From Nitrosopumilus sp. (lineage in GTDB: Archaea > Thermoproteota > Nitrososphaeria > Nitrososphaerales > Nitrosopumilaceae): a DNA stretch of 64,000 nt. This document shows positions 27,827 to 37,341 of the stretch, in pieces. The notes beneath the pieces are model-generated. The model was not told where the DNA came from, searched no databases, and saw nothing but the letters and a program-made list of their open reading frames with translations. Within the stretch, counting starts at the first letter, position 1; each line of letters opens with the position of its first letter. The position numbers were made by a program, and so were the translations under genes. The stretch spans positions 1,344,001 through 1,408,000 of the forward strand of contig OZ242186.1 of NCBI GenBank assembly GCA_965205675.1, read 5' to 3'.

Positions 27827-28449
27827 TGGGTTACACTCACTATTACTGCGTCTCACCAGAGTTTGACAGTACAGCATTTGCCAAAGTTGCAGCAGACTTC
27901 AAAAAGATGATAACACCATTAAGACATCTGGGAGTAGTACTTGCAGATGCATTTGGCGAGGGATATCCGAGAATCAGTCCGACTGAAATCCGATTCAACG
28001 GATTGGCAAAATGTGGACATGAAGAAAAACAGCTAGGAATAACATGGCCTGGTAAAAATGCCTCTGGAGTTTCACAAAACAAGGTAGGCCAACAACTGGC
28101 AGAGATAACCAAAGGGAACTGGTTTGCAGGTGCACAACTGGAAACTAGAACCTGTGGAGGGGACTGTTCCCATGAGACATTTTGTCTTGAACAGAAAATC
28201 TCAGACATCCCAGAGTGGAAGCAAGATACCATGAAAAATGGACTGATCTTTGAGTGTACCAAGACTGCATTCAAGCCGTATGACCTGGCAGTAAATGTAT
28301 GTCTGGTAATTGCAAAGCATCACCTCGGTGAGAAGATCAATGTCACATCAGATGGAGAACTAGAAAACTGGCAGGAGGCAATGCATCTGTGCCAGCACTT
28401 TTTAGGGTTTGGTGAAAGCTTCCAACTAGATGATGAGGATGGCATCTAA
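27826..28449 (+). CDS. MGYTHYY-family MGE protein
   Basis: Paralog of 12090. Confidence 0.75.
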   Translation: MGYTHYYCVSPEFDSTAFAKVAADFKKMITPLRHLGVVLADAFGEGYPRISPTEIRFNGLAKCGHEEKQLGITWPGKNASGVSQNKVGQQLAEITKGNWFAGAQLETRTCGGDCSHETFCLEQKISDIPEWKQDTMKNGLIFECTKTAFKPYDLAVNVCLVIAKHHLGEKINVTSDGELENWQEAMHLCQHFLGFGESFQLDDEDGI

Positions 28450-28667
28450 TGAAAAACACGTATCATCTGCTAGACCGAGATGACGATGAGACATATGGCA
28501 TATTCAAGTCAAGTCTAAATTTTGATGCCATAGAGCAAATACAAGACGAAACAGAAAAAGAATATGAAAAACCAAACAGCACATACAAGACAGAGATCTT
28601 CTTTGATCTGCTCAAAGCAAAAGACCCAAACTATGAACCTGTACACATACAGGAGATATACATCTAA
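28449..28667 (+). CDS. Hypothetical protein
   Basis: TAATG-coupled on both sides. Confidence 0.6.
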   Translation: MKNTYHLLDRDDDETYGIFKSSLNFDAIEQIQDETEKEYEKPNSTYKTEIFFDLLKAKDPNYEPVHIQEIYI

Positions 28668-28903
28668 TGGCATTCATATCCGTCCTAACTCTTAGTTCAG
28701 AGGATATCAAAAATCACCTGGACTGTGATGAGAAAAGAGTGCACCAAATTATGGGTATGGCAGTCAGAGGAAAGTTCACAGACTCTATGATGAATTCCTT
28801 TTGGGATGTCATTGATGCATTTGATGGCATCCTGGAAACAGAGGACGAACCAACCGTACAAGCCTATGAAAAAATGGGCAGAGAACTGGAGGATGAAAAC
28901 TAA
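28667..28903 (+). CDS. Hypothetical protein
   Basis: Paralog of 21824. Confidence 0.65.
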   Translation: MAFISVLTLSSEDIKNHLDCDEKRVHQIMGMAVRGKFTDSMMNSFWDVIDAFDGILETEDEPTVQAYEKMGRELEDEN

Positions 28904-29958
28904 TGTCAAGAGGTACAGTTCCAGACTGGAGTGACATGCCGTCAGGCATAACTCTTGCGACATTGTCCTGGGAAGACGTATTCATCAAGGCTCAAGAAGA
29001 ACTGCAAAGAGACCCAACAAGAGAGGAAACATTGGAGATGTTTGATGATATGGCACATTCAATGAAACATGCAGTACAAGACGACATGCCGTCTCAACTA
29101 GATGCCCTAATCTCGGAGATAGTTACAGAGTGTCTAAAATCATCACCATACAACCAAGATGCCCTGACAGATGAGCAACTAACATGGAAAAAATACTGTC
29201 ACGAGTGTCACGAGATTCAGGAGACATACTGGGAGCTAAATTTCTGTGACAAGAATCCAGATGGAATAGACATTGATACTCCATATCACGGAAATGATGA
29301 CATGTGTGAGGATGACTATTGTAATCCCGATTCAGTGCCAGTAGATGATGAAAAGATCACAAAGCAATACGTCAAGGAACATGCAGTCTTTGAGAGATGT
29401 GTGCAATGCCATCAGTACTTTGATTCAGCAGAACCGCAAAAAGATGTGCCAAAAAAAGATTTGATACCATGTCCTCATGGCGTGTTGGATGTAAATGAAT
29501 GTCTTATCTGTGAAAAGCAATCTGTATGCGACAACTGCAACGGCACTGGAATCTTTGATACATGTGCTGAATGCGGAGGTCCTGGATGTGCATATTGTGA
29601 AAAAAATGAGTGCCAAAGAATACTGCCAGGAAAAGATTGTGCAATGTGCAATGGTTCAGGCAGATTTGATGGCACACAAACACTCTGCATTGGTGACAGG
29701 CAGATAGCAGTGAGCATCAACTCTACAACAGGTCAAAAACTCACACAACAGACAAAGGCAGATGTTGCAGAGGCATTTCTCAACTCAAACATTGCAGACT
29801 GGGAAATCGATGGTGAGAAAATCCATGACAAATACACCATAACTGTTGATGGCAACATAGCAATGGCTCAAACAGATGAAGATCACATCATTGCGTCAAT
29901 CACATCAGATGGAAAGGATTGCGGATGTCTTTTAGTGTATGGGTTCAAAGAGCAATGA
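28903..29958 (+). CDS. Cys-rich fusion protein (22060-like domain plus CxxCxGxG domain of the 17820 type)
   Basis: Domains match two separate genes elsewhere in the array. Confidence 0.7.
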   Translation: MSRGTVPDWSDMPSGITLATLSWEDVFIKAQEELQRDPTREETLEMFDDMAHSMKHAVQDDMPSQLDALISEIVTECLKSSPYNQDALTDEQLTWKKYCHECHEIQETYWELNFCDKNPDGIDIDTPYHGNDDMCEDDYCNPDSVPVDDEKITKQYVKEHAVFERCVQCHQYFDSAEPQKDVPKKDLIPCPHGVLDVNECLICEKQSVCDNCNGTGIFDTCAECGGPGCAYCEKNECQRILPGKDCAMCNGSGRFDGTQTLCIGDRQIAVSINSTTGQKLTQQTKADVAEAFLNSNIADWEIDGEKIHDKYTITVDGNIAMAQTDEDHIIASITSDGKDCGCLLVYGFKEQ

Positions 29959-30067
29959 CTGTCTGTAAGAACTATTCAGGGAGAGGATTCAGCATGGAGG
30001 ATGCTGCAACTGGAACGTATGACGAGATGCAATGCGATGACTGCAACGGTACGGGAGATTTGACATA

Positions 30068-30325
30068 ATGTCTAAAGACGTATGGGCTGAGCTGAAAGGC
30101 AACTATCCAGTATGCAAAACTCCTGAATCTCTAAAATCTGCAATAATATCACATCCTGCAAAGGGAAGATGGCGCAAACATGGGTTCATCATTGATTATA
30201 CTGCAGAGAAACAATTCAACGTCATCTGTGTGAGTACCGAAGATGTTGCAAGAAACGGAGGATGCTGCGGTGCAACGTGCTACATCAATGCAGATAATCC
30301 AAACCAATGTGTGTGGGATGTATGA
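30068..30325 (+). CDS. Hypothetical protein
   Basis: 85 aa; ATGA overlap with the next gene. Confidence 0.6.
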   Translation: MSKDVWAELKGNYPVCKTPESLKSAIISHPAKGRWRKHGFIIDYTAEKQFNVICVSTEDVARNGGCCGATCYINADNPNQCVWDV

Positions 30326-30522
30326 TGAAGACCGTCAGTAATTCCATAAAGTGCACACATGATTCATGGGAGATAGTTGCAGGTTCGGTACATGCAACAC
30401 ATCATTCCCAAGACGGTGATACAAAAATGGAGTGCACCATGAGATGTCAAAAATGTCACACCATGGCAACAGCTGTTAGAACTGAATACCACAATGAGTC
30501 TAGCTGCAATACGACATCCTAG
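30322..30522 (+). CDS. Small Zn-finger protein
   Basis: Paralog of 23398. Confidence 0.6.
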   Translation: MMKTVSNSIKCTHDSWEIVAGSVHATHHSQDGDTKMECTMRCQKCHTMATAVRTEYHNESSCNTTS

Positions 30523-30525
30523 AGA

Positions 30526-30900
30526 ATGTCAACGGCAACTGTACAGGGAAAGAGCACCTTTGCGTTTGATAGAACCATAAGAAATGCAAGGCAGCGTCTG
30601 AAGAAGACTGAGAATTACTCCCAGATACCGCACCTTCCTGCAACATACCCTCAACGGCAAAACAGCCTGAACGGAGTGGATGTTACAGTAAGGGCCAAGA
30701 TACTCAAGTGCCATCTTGAGGACACATACCCGCAAAACATCTTTTCTGTAGCAATAACTCGCAGAAAGGAGTACTGTACCATAACAGTGTGTCATGACTT
30801 TGCAAGATCAGAGACGATTGCAGGGATTGCAGCACTCTATGAGAATGATTCCACAAGAATCGTCCTTGATACGTTTGCATCTAATAGCTGTGAGCAATGA
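30526..30900 (+). CDS. Hypothetical protein
   Basis: Paralog of 23599. Confidence 0.65.
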   Translation: MSTATVQGKSTFAFDRTIRNARQRLKKTENYSQIPHLPATYPQRQNSLNGVDVTVRAKILKCHLEDTYPQNIFSVAITRRKEYCTITVCHDFARSETIAGIAALYENDSTRIVLDTFASNSCEQ

Positions 30901-31115
30901 CACAGTTCACAGAGAAAAAGGCCCGTAACCTGATAGATACCCAATCCGTCATGCATGTTGGCAATGACACATATCAGGTGAGATCATCGACTCCTGGAAA
31001 ATCATACATCATAGAATCTGAAATATGCGAATGTGCAGGATTCAGGTTTCGGGGGGAATGCTCACATGTGCAAGCTGTAAAGATGTTACAATACAAGGTA
31101 CAACCCAAACAATGA
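30897..31115 (+). CDS. SWIM zinc-finger protein
   Basis: CECAGFRFRGECSH. Confidence 0.8.
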   Translation: MTQFTEKKARNLIDTQSVMHVGNDTYQVRSSTPGKSYIIESEICECAGFRFRGECSHVQAVKMLQYKVQPKQ

Positions 31116-31336
31116 CAAACCCTAAAAATGTAAAAGAACCATCATACAGTATGATAAAAATGACGGAGATGAATGTGTTTCTGATTGCAGTGAATATTGG
31201 AGGGTTTGTCTGCATCATAACAGCAGAAATCTTTGATGTTCGAATAGTAGGATGGCTCGGAGTTGGACTGGCTGCCGCAAGTATAATGCAGCTTGTGACA
31301 AATAACACTGGAGGCTCAGAAGAGCATGTTTGGTAA
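31112..31336 (+). CDS. Small 2-TM membrane protein
   Basis: Hydrophobic; ATGA overlap. Confidence 0.6.
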   Translation: MTNPKNVKEPSYSMIKMTEMNVFLIAVNIGGFVCIITAEIFDVRIVGWLGVGLAAASIMQLVTNNTGGSEEHVW

Positions 31337-31781
31337 AGGTACGGATGTACAAAAAACCAACATCAGTGATCAGGTAAAGGACAATCGATGGCTGTTTGTC
31401 ATTGTATCTCTTGGCATCGGTCTGTTGATAACAGGAGTGGTTTTGTGGAACGAGACACTTGTCGCCATAGGAGCTGCCTTTATTATTGCCGGCGGTGTAG
31501 GGATATACATGATGCTTGCAACAAGACAGGTGGCAAAACAACTACACCTGCGATTCAACGAGCAAAATGAGATTCTTGATACGCAGACTGGAATTCTCAA
31601 AGACATAGCATCGTCTCAGAAGGAGATGGGCAAGTCTCTCAAGGAGATAACATCATCTCAGAAAGAGATAGCATCATCTCAGAAACAAAACCATTCAGAG
31701 ATGATAGACGTTCTAAAAAGAATAGAGACAGGTTTCTCAAATCTCGGAGAAGGTCTCAAGAAAATAGAGAACAAGCTGTAA
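31326..31781 (+). CDS. 2-TM coiled-coil protein, type B
   Basis: Paralog of 26392. Confidence 0.75.
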   Translation: MFGKGTDVQKTNISDQVKDNRWLFVIVSLGIGLLITGVVLWNETLVAIGAAFIIAGGVGIYMMLATRQVAKQLHLRFNEQNEILDTQTGILKDIASSQKEMGKSLKEITSSQKEIASSQKQNHSEMIDVLKRIETGFSNLGEGLKKIENKL

Positions 31782-31876
31782 AGTACAGTTTGATTTGAGA
31801 GTACGACACCTCAAAACCCATTTTAGTTTTAGCGCAAGCTAGGACCTGATTTATCAGATGGGTGCGAGGTGTCATG

Positions 31877-32018
31877 GAAGATCCACATGGATTTTTCAAA
31901 ATTATTCCCACAGAGTTGTAACGAATTATTTCCAAAAGGGAATAACTCAGCCCAAGATCTCATGACGGGAATCGTCCTGCTGGTGACGTTACTGCCAGAA
32001 TAAAAGGAGGAACCAATT
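31877..32018 (+). repeat. Cassette-head structured repeat, copy 13
   Basis: Sequence match to the consensus. Confidence 0.9.
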
Positions 32019-32615
32019 ATGGTCCAACAAAAACTAGAATACAAAAATCAGGTGTTAGTGATACGTCCAGAAGAAACACCAGAATCTCCAAGAGGCCTGA
32101 CAGAAAATATCGGAACGATGGTCTGCTCACACAGCAGATATACGCTAGGGGATGTGCAGACAGAATTCACCACAGTACAAGAGTATCTGGAATCCGAAGA
32201 GATATCCTTCAAAGAGATTGCAGTGATCATGCCGCTGTACCTGTATGATCATAGTGGCATTAGCATGTCTTGCGGCAAACGCCTCGGGCAATACAATGAC
32301 TCGTGGGACTCTTCATATGTGGGATTCATCTATGCCACAAAAGAAGAGATACGCAAGCAATGGAGCACAAGTAGAATTTCAAAACAGCTCAAAAAGCACG
32401 TCACAGAAAGACTAGAATACGAAGTCAAGACATACGACCAGTATCTCACAGGAGACGTATACGAGTTTACCCTGTATACAAAGGAAACATGCAGTCTTAA
32501 TGAGACACATCTCCAAGTGGTGGAGTGTTGCGGTGGATTTTATGGCGACTGTCATGAAGAGTCAGGACTTGCAGAGTGTATCGAGGGATTTGCAAACTTT
32601 GAGGAGGCTAGCTAA
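32019..32615 (+). CDS. MGE-type conserved protein (PLYLYDHSGI..WDSS.VGFIY..YDQYL.GDVY)
   Basis: Motif recalled from ICE/phage hypothetical proteins; 3 tandem copies. Confidence 0.75.
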   Translation: MVQQKLEYKNQVLVIRPEETPESPRGLTENIGTMVCSHSRYTLGDVQTEFTTVQEYLESEEISFKEIAVIMPLYLYDHSGISMSCGKRLGQYNDSWDSSYVGFIYATKEEIRKQWSTSRISKQLKKHVTERLEYEVKTYDQYLTGDVYEFTLYTKETCSLNETHLQVVECCGGFYGDCHEESGLAECIEGFANFEEAS

Positions 32616-33043
32616 TGTCAGCACAAGAGATACCAAAACTCTGCGAGACCGATGGAACACCGTTTGCAGAGAAGATAATCCACCAGATATGGCACATTGC
32701 ATCAGTAAACTTTGTGTGGTGTGTGGCAGAACTGGACGAAACAACAAAGGAGGCATTCGGATATGCCAATCTCAACTCCGACAGAGACGCAGAATGGGGA
32801 TACATTGACATTGCAGACATTAAGAAAAATGGTGCAAAACTAACAGAGACTACAATCAAACCGTTCTCAGAGATGCTACCTTTGGTACGACCTCAAAACG
32901 ATTGTCCAGAGTGTGGTTCCACCCAATACGGATATCACGCCATCAAGAGAGGAGACCCTACATTGACTGATGACACATTTGAGTTGTGGATTTGCAGAAA
33001 CTGCAACTTTCAGCCATTTTCAAACATCAGGGGTCTGATATAG
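32615..33043 (+). CDS. DUF2958-like protein with Zn-ribbon
   Basis: Paralog of 25539. Confidence 0.7.
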   Translation: MSAQEIPKLCETDGTPFAEKIIHQIWHIASVNFVWCVAELDETTKEAFGYANLNSDRDAEWGYIDIADIKKNGAKLTETTIKPFSEMLPLVRPQNDCPECGSTQYGYHAIKRGDPTLTDDTFELWICRNCNFQPFSNIRGLI

Positions 33044-33382
33044 AATGCGGCAAATGTTAATTCGTGACGTAGCCCCGAACTTCCGTGTTTCTGTCGGTTC
33101 AGTCGAGATCCCCGCCTACTGGCGTAGCTTATGCCGTTATGATGATCCTGAGGTGTATAGCTTCATGGTGGCTTCCATTGCTCATCTCATAGCTGAGCAT
33201 GGCAAAAAACGGCAAATCTATAACGAGTATGGCCACCATTACAAATCTAAAACACAGGGGATCGTTATTCCAATTGATCAGTGGGATAAAATGGCAAGAA
33301 CCCCTGTCCCTGGTTGGGGTTGGACTGGCTGCCGCAAGTATAATGCAGCTTGTGACAAATAACACTGGAGGCTCAGAAGAGC

Positions 33383-33859
33383 ATGTTTGGTAAAGGTACG
33401 GATGTACAAAAAACCAACATCAGTGATCAGGTAAAGGACAATCGATGGCTGTTTGTCATTGTATCTCTTGGCATCGGTCTGTTGATAACAGGAGTGGTTT
33501 TGTGGAACGAGACACTTGTCGCCATAGGAGCTGCCTTTATTATTGCCGGCGGTGTAGGGATATACATGATGCTTGCAACAAGACAGGTAGCAAAGAAACT
33601 GCACCTGCGATTCAATGAGCAAAATGTGATCCTGACAAAACTCGATGAGAGTTCAAACAAACAAACAGAAATTCTCAAAGACATAGCATCGTCTCAGAAG
33701 GAGATGGGCAAGTCTCTCAAGGAGATAACATCATCTCAGAAAGAGATAGCATCATCTCAGAAACAAAACCATTCAGAGATGATAGACGTTCTAAAAAGAA
33801 TAGAGACAGGTTTCTCAAATCTCGGAGAAGGTCTCAAGAAAATAGAGAACAAGCTGTAA
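33383..33859 (+). CDS. 2-TM coiled-coil protein, type B
   Basis: Paralog of 26392. Confidence 0.75.
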   Translation: MFGKGTDVQKTNISDQVKDNRWLFVIVSLGIGLLITGVVLWNETLVAIGAAFIIAGGVGIYMMLATRQVAKKLHLRFNEQNVILTKLDESSNKQTEILKDIASSQKEMGKSLKEITSSQKEIASSQKQNHSEMIDVLKRIETGFSNLGEGLKKIENKL

Positions 33860-33954
33860 AGTACAGTTTGATTTGAGAGTACGACACCTCAAAACCCATT
33901 TTAGTTTTAGCGCAAGCTAGGACCTGATTTATCAGATGGGTGCGAGGTGTCATG

Positions 33955-34096
33955 GAAGATCCACATGGATTTTTCAAAATTATTCCCACAGAGTTGTAAC
34001 GAATTATTTCCAAAAGGGAATAACTCAGCCCAAGATCTCATGACGGGAATCGTCCTGCTGGTGACGTTACTGCCAGAATAAAAGGAGGAACCAATT
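33955..34096 (+). repeat. Cassette-head structured repeat, copy 14
   Basis: Matches copy 13, offset 2078 bp. Confidence 0.9.
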
Positions 34097-34693
34097 ATGG
34101 TCCAACAAAAACTAGAATACAAAAATCAGGTGTTAGTGATACGTCCAGAAGAAACACCAGAATCTCCAAGAGGCCTGACAGAAAATATCGGAACGATGGT
34201 CTGCTCACACAGCAGATATACGCTAGGGGATGTGCAGACAGAATTCACCACAGTACAAGAGTATCTGGAATCCGAAGAGATATCCTTCAAAGAGATTGCA
34301 GTGATCATGCCGCTGTACCTGTATGATCATAGTGGCATTAGCATGTCTTGCGGCAAACGCCTCGGGCAATACAATGACTCGTGGGACTCTTCATATGTGG
34401 GATTCATCTATGCCACAAAAGAAGAGATACGCAAGCAATGGAGCACAAGTAGAATTTCAAAACAGCTCAAAAAGCACGTCACAGAAAGACTAGAATACGA
34501 AGTCAAGACATACGACCAGTATCTCACAGGAGACGTATACGAGTTTACCCTGTATACAAAGGAAACATGCAGTCTTAATGAGACACATCTCCAAGTGGTG
34601 GAGTGTTGCGGTGGATTTTATGGCGACTGTCATGAAGAGTCAGGACTTGCAGAGTGTATCGAGGGATTTGCAAACTTTGAGGAGACTAGCTAA
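34097..34693 (+). CDS. YDHSG-motif protein, copy 2
   Basis: Near-identical to 32019. Confidence 0.75.
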   Translation: MVQQKLEYKNQVLVIRPEETPESPRGLTENIGTMVCSHSRYTLGDVQTEFTTVQEYLESEEISFKEIAVIMPLYLYDHSGISMSCGKRLGQYNDSWDSSYVGFIYATKEEIRKQWSTSRISKQLKKHVTERLEYEVKTYDQYLTGDVYEFTLYTKETCSLNETHLQVVECCGGFYGDCHEESGLAECIEGFANFEETS

Positions 34694-35121
34694 TGTCAGC
34701 ACAAGAGATACCAAAACTCTATGAGACAGACGGAACGCCGTTTGCAGAGAAGATAATCCACCAGATATGGCACATTGCATCAGTAAACTTTGTGTGGTGT
34801 GTGGCAGAACTGGACGAAACAACAAAGGAGGCATTCGGATATGCCAATCTCAACTCCGACAGAGACGCAGAATGGGGATACATTGACATTGCAGACATTA
34901 AGAAAAATGGTGCAAAACTAACAGAGACTACAATCAAACCGTTCTCAGAGATGCTGCCTTTGGTACGACCTCAAAACGATTGTCCAGAGTGTGGTTCCAC
35001 CCAATACGGATATCACGCCATCAAGAGAGGAGACCCTACATTGACTGATGACACATTTGAGTTGTGGATTTGCAGAAACTGCAACTTTCAGCCATTTTCA
35101 AACATCAGGGGTCTGATATAG
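34693..35121 (+). CDS. DUF2958-like protein, copy
   Basis: Near-identical to 32615. Confidence 0.7.
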   Translation: MSAQEIPKLYETDGTPFAEKIIHQIWHIASVNFVWCVAELDETTKEAFGYANLNSDRDAEWGYIDIADIKKNGAKLTETTIKPFSEMLPLVRPQNDCPECGSTQYGYHAIKRGDPTLTDDTFELWICRNCNFQPFSNIRGLI

Positions 35122-35460
35122 AATGCGGCAAATGTTAATTCGTGACGTAGCCCCGAACTTCCGTGTTTCTGTCGGTTCAGTCGAGATCCCCGCCTACTGG
35201 CGTAGCTTATGCCGTTATGATGATCCTGAGGTGTATAGCTTCATGGTGGCTTCCATTGCTCATCTCATAGCTGAGCATGGCAAAAAACGGCAAATCTATA
35301 ACGAGTATGGCCACCATTACAAATCTAAAACACAGGGGATCGTTATTCCAATTGATCAGTGGGATAAAATGGCAAGAACCCCTGTCCCTGGTTGGGGTTG
35401 GACTGGCTGCCGCAAGTATAATGCAGCTTGTGACAAATAACACTGGAGGCTCAGAAGAGC

Positions 35461-35916
35461 ATGTTTGGTAAAGGTACGGATGTACAAAAAACCAACATCA
35501 GTGATCAGGTAAAGGACAATCGATGGCTGTTTGTCATTGTATCTCTTGGCATCGGTCTGTTGATAACAGGAGTGGTTTTGTGGAACGAGACACTTGTCGC
35601 CATAGGAGCTGCCTTTATTATTGCCGGCGGTGTAGGGATATACATGATGCTTGCAACAAGACAGGTAGCAAAGAAACTGCACCTGCGATTCAATGAGCAA
35701 AATGTGATCCTGACAAAACTCGATGAGAGTTCAAACAAACAAACAGAAATTCTCAAAGACATAGCATCATCTCAGAAGGAGATGGGCAAGTCTCTCAAGG
35801 AGATAACATCATCTCAGAAACAAAACCATTCAGAGATGATAGAGATTCTCAAAAGAATAGAGACAGGTTTCTCAACTCTCGGAGAAGGTCTCAAGAAAAT
35901 AGAGAACAAGCTGTAA
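35461..35916 (+). CDS. 2-TM coiled-coil protein, type B
   Basis: One heptad shorter than 33383. Confidence 0.75.
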   Translation: MFGKGTDVQKTNISDQVKDNRWLFVIVSLGIGLLITGVVLWNETLVAIGAAFIIAGGVGIYMMLATRQVAKKLHLRFNEQNVILTKLDESSNKQTEILKDIASSQKEMGKSLKEITSSQKQNHSEMIEILKRIETGFSTLGEGLKKIENKL

Positions 35917-36011
35917 AGTACAGTTTGATTTGAGAGTACGACACCTCAAAACCCATTTTAGTTTTAGCGCAAGCTAGGACCTGATTTATCAGATGGGTGC
36001 GAGGTGTCATG

Positions 36012-36153
36012 GAAGATCCATACGGATTTTTCAAAATTATTCCTACAGAGTTGTAACGAATTATTTCCAAAAGGGAATAACTCAACCCAATCTCTCATGA
36101 CGGGAATCGTCCTGCTGGTGACGTTACTGCCAGAATAAAAGGAGGAACCAATT
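36012..36153 (+). repeat. Cassette-head structured repeat, copy 15
   Basis: Matches copy 6. Confidence 0.9.
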
Positions 36154-36750
36154 ATGGTCCGACAAAAACTAGAATACAAAAATCAGGTGTTAGTGATACG
36201 TCCAGAAGAAACACCAGAATCTCCAAGAGACACGGAAGAAAACCTCGGAACGATGGTCTGCTCACACAGCAAATATGCGCTAGGGGATGTACAGACAGAG
36301 TTCACTACAGTACAAGAGTATCTGGAATCCGAAGAGATATCCTTCAAAGAGATTGCAGTGATCATGCCGCTGTACCTGTATGATCATAGTGGCATTAGCA
36401 TGTCTTGCGGCAAACGCCTCGGGCAATACAATGACTCGTGGGATTCTTCATGTGTGGGATTCATCTATGCCACAAAAGAAGAGATACGCAAGCAATGGAG
36501 CACAAGTAGAATTTCAAAACAACTCAAAAAGCACGTCACAGAAATACTAGAATCCGAAGTCAAGACATACAACCAGTATCTCACAGGAGACGTATACGAG
36601 TTTACCCTGTATACAAAGGAATCATGCAGTCTTAATGAGACACATCTCCAAGTGGTGGAGTGTTGCGGTGGATTTTATGGCGACTGTCATGAAGAGTCAG
36701 GACTTGCAGAGCATATCGAGGGATTTGCAAACTTTGAGGAGACTAGCTAA
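36154..36750 (+). CDS. YDHSG-motif protein, copy 3
   Basis: Slightly diverged paralog of 32019. Confidence 0.75.
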   Translation: MVRQKLEYKNQVLVIRPEETPESPRDTEENLGTMVCSHSKYALGDVQTEFTTVQEYLESEEISFKEIAVIMPLYLYDHSGISMSCGKRLGQYNDSWDSSCVGFIYATKEEIRKQWSTSRISKQLKKHVTEILESEVKTYNQYLTGDVYEFTLYTKESCSLNETHLQVVECCGGFYGDCHEESGLAEHIEGFANFEETS

Positions 36751-37178
36751 TGTCAGCACAAGAGATACCAAAACTCTGCGAGACCGATGGAACACCGTTT
36801 GCAGAGAAGATAATCCACCAGATATGGCACATTGCATCAGTAAACTTTGTGTGGTGTGTGGCAGAACTGGACGAAACAACAAAGGAGGCATTCGGATATG
36901 CCAATCTCAACGATGATGATATGGCCGAATGGGGATACATTAGCATCCCAGAGATCAAGGCAAACGGGGCAAAGATGATAGAGTCTGAGCCAAAAAAGTT
37001 CTCAGAGATGATAAAGTTGCTAAGACCAAAGAATGGCTGTCCAGAGTGTACTTCGGTCCAGTACGGATTTCACACGATACAAAGAGGAGATCCTACATTG
37101 ACTGATGACACATTTGAGATGTGGATTTGCAGAAACTGCAACTTTCAGCCATTTACAAACATCAGAGGTCTGGTCTAG
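36750..37178 (+). CDS. DUF2958-like protein, mosaic allele
   Basis: N-terminal part matches 32615; the rest is diverged. Confidence 0.7.
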   Translation: MSAQEIPKLCETDGTPFAEKIIHQIWHIASVNFVWCVAELDETTKEAFGYANLNDDDMAEWGYISIPEIKANGAKMIESEPKKFSEMIKLLRPKNGCPECTSVQYGFHTIQRGDPTLTDDTFEMWICRNCNFQPFTNIRGLV

Positions 37179-37341
37179 AAATGTCTGAATGCCCAAGAGT
37201 CAATACAGTTTATCAAGACAGAAAACTCATAATGCAAGGGCAAATGACATACACTCGAAAGCATGAGCACTGCCAGATACAAGTGACATGCTAAAGACAT
37301 ACAAGCTAGCCGTATTATCTGCGAAAAGGAGCAGCAGGTAA

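Noticed and set aside
98-36153. Repeat array as CRISPR
   Set aside because: Repeats are ~140 bp and separated by kb-scale operons; no cas genes are present.
98-36153. Repeats as classical integron attC sites
   Set aside because: No consistent terminal RYYYAAC/GTTRRRY box pair was found, the element includes the translation start signal, and there is no IntI in the window. Kept only as an analogy.
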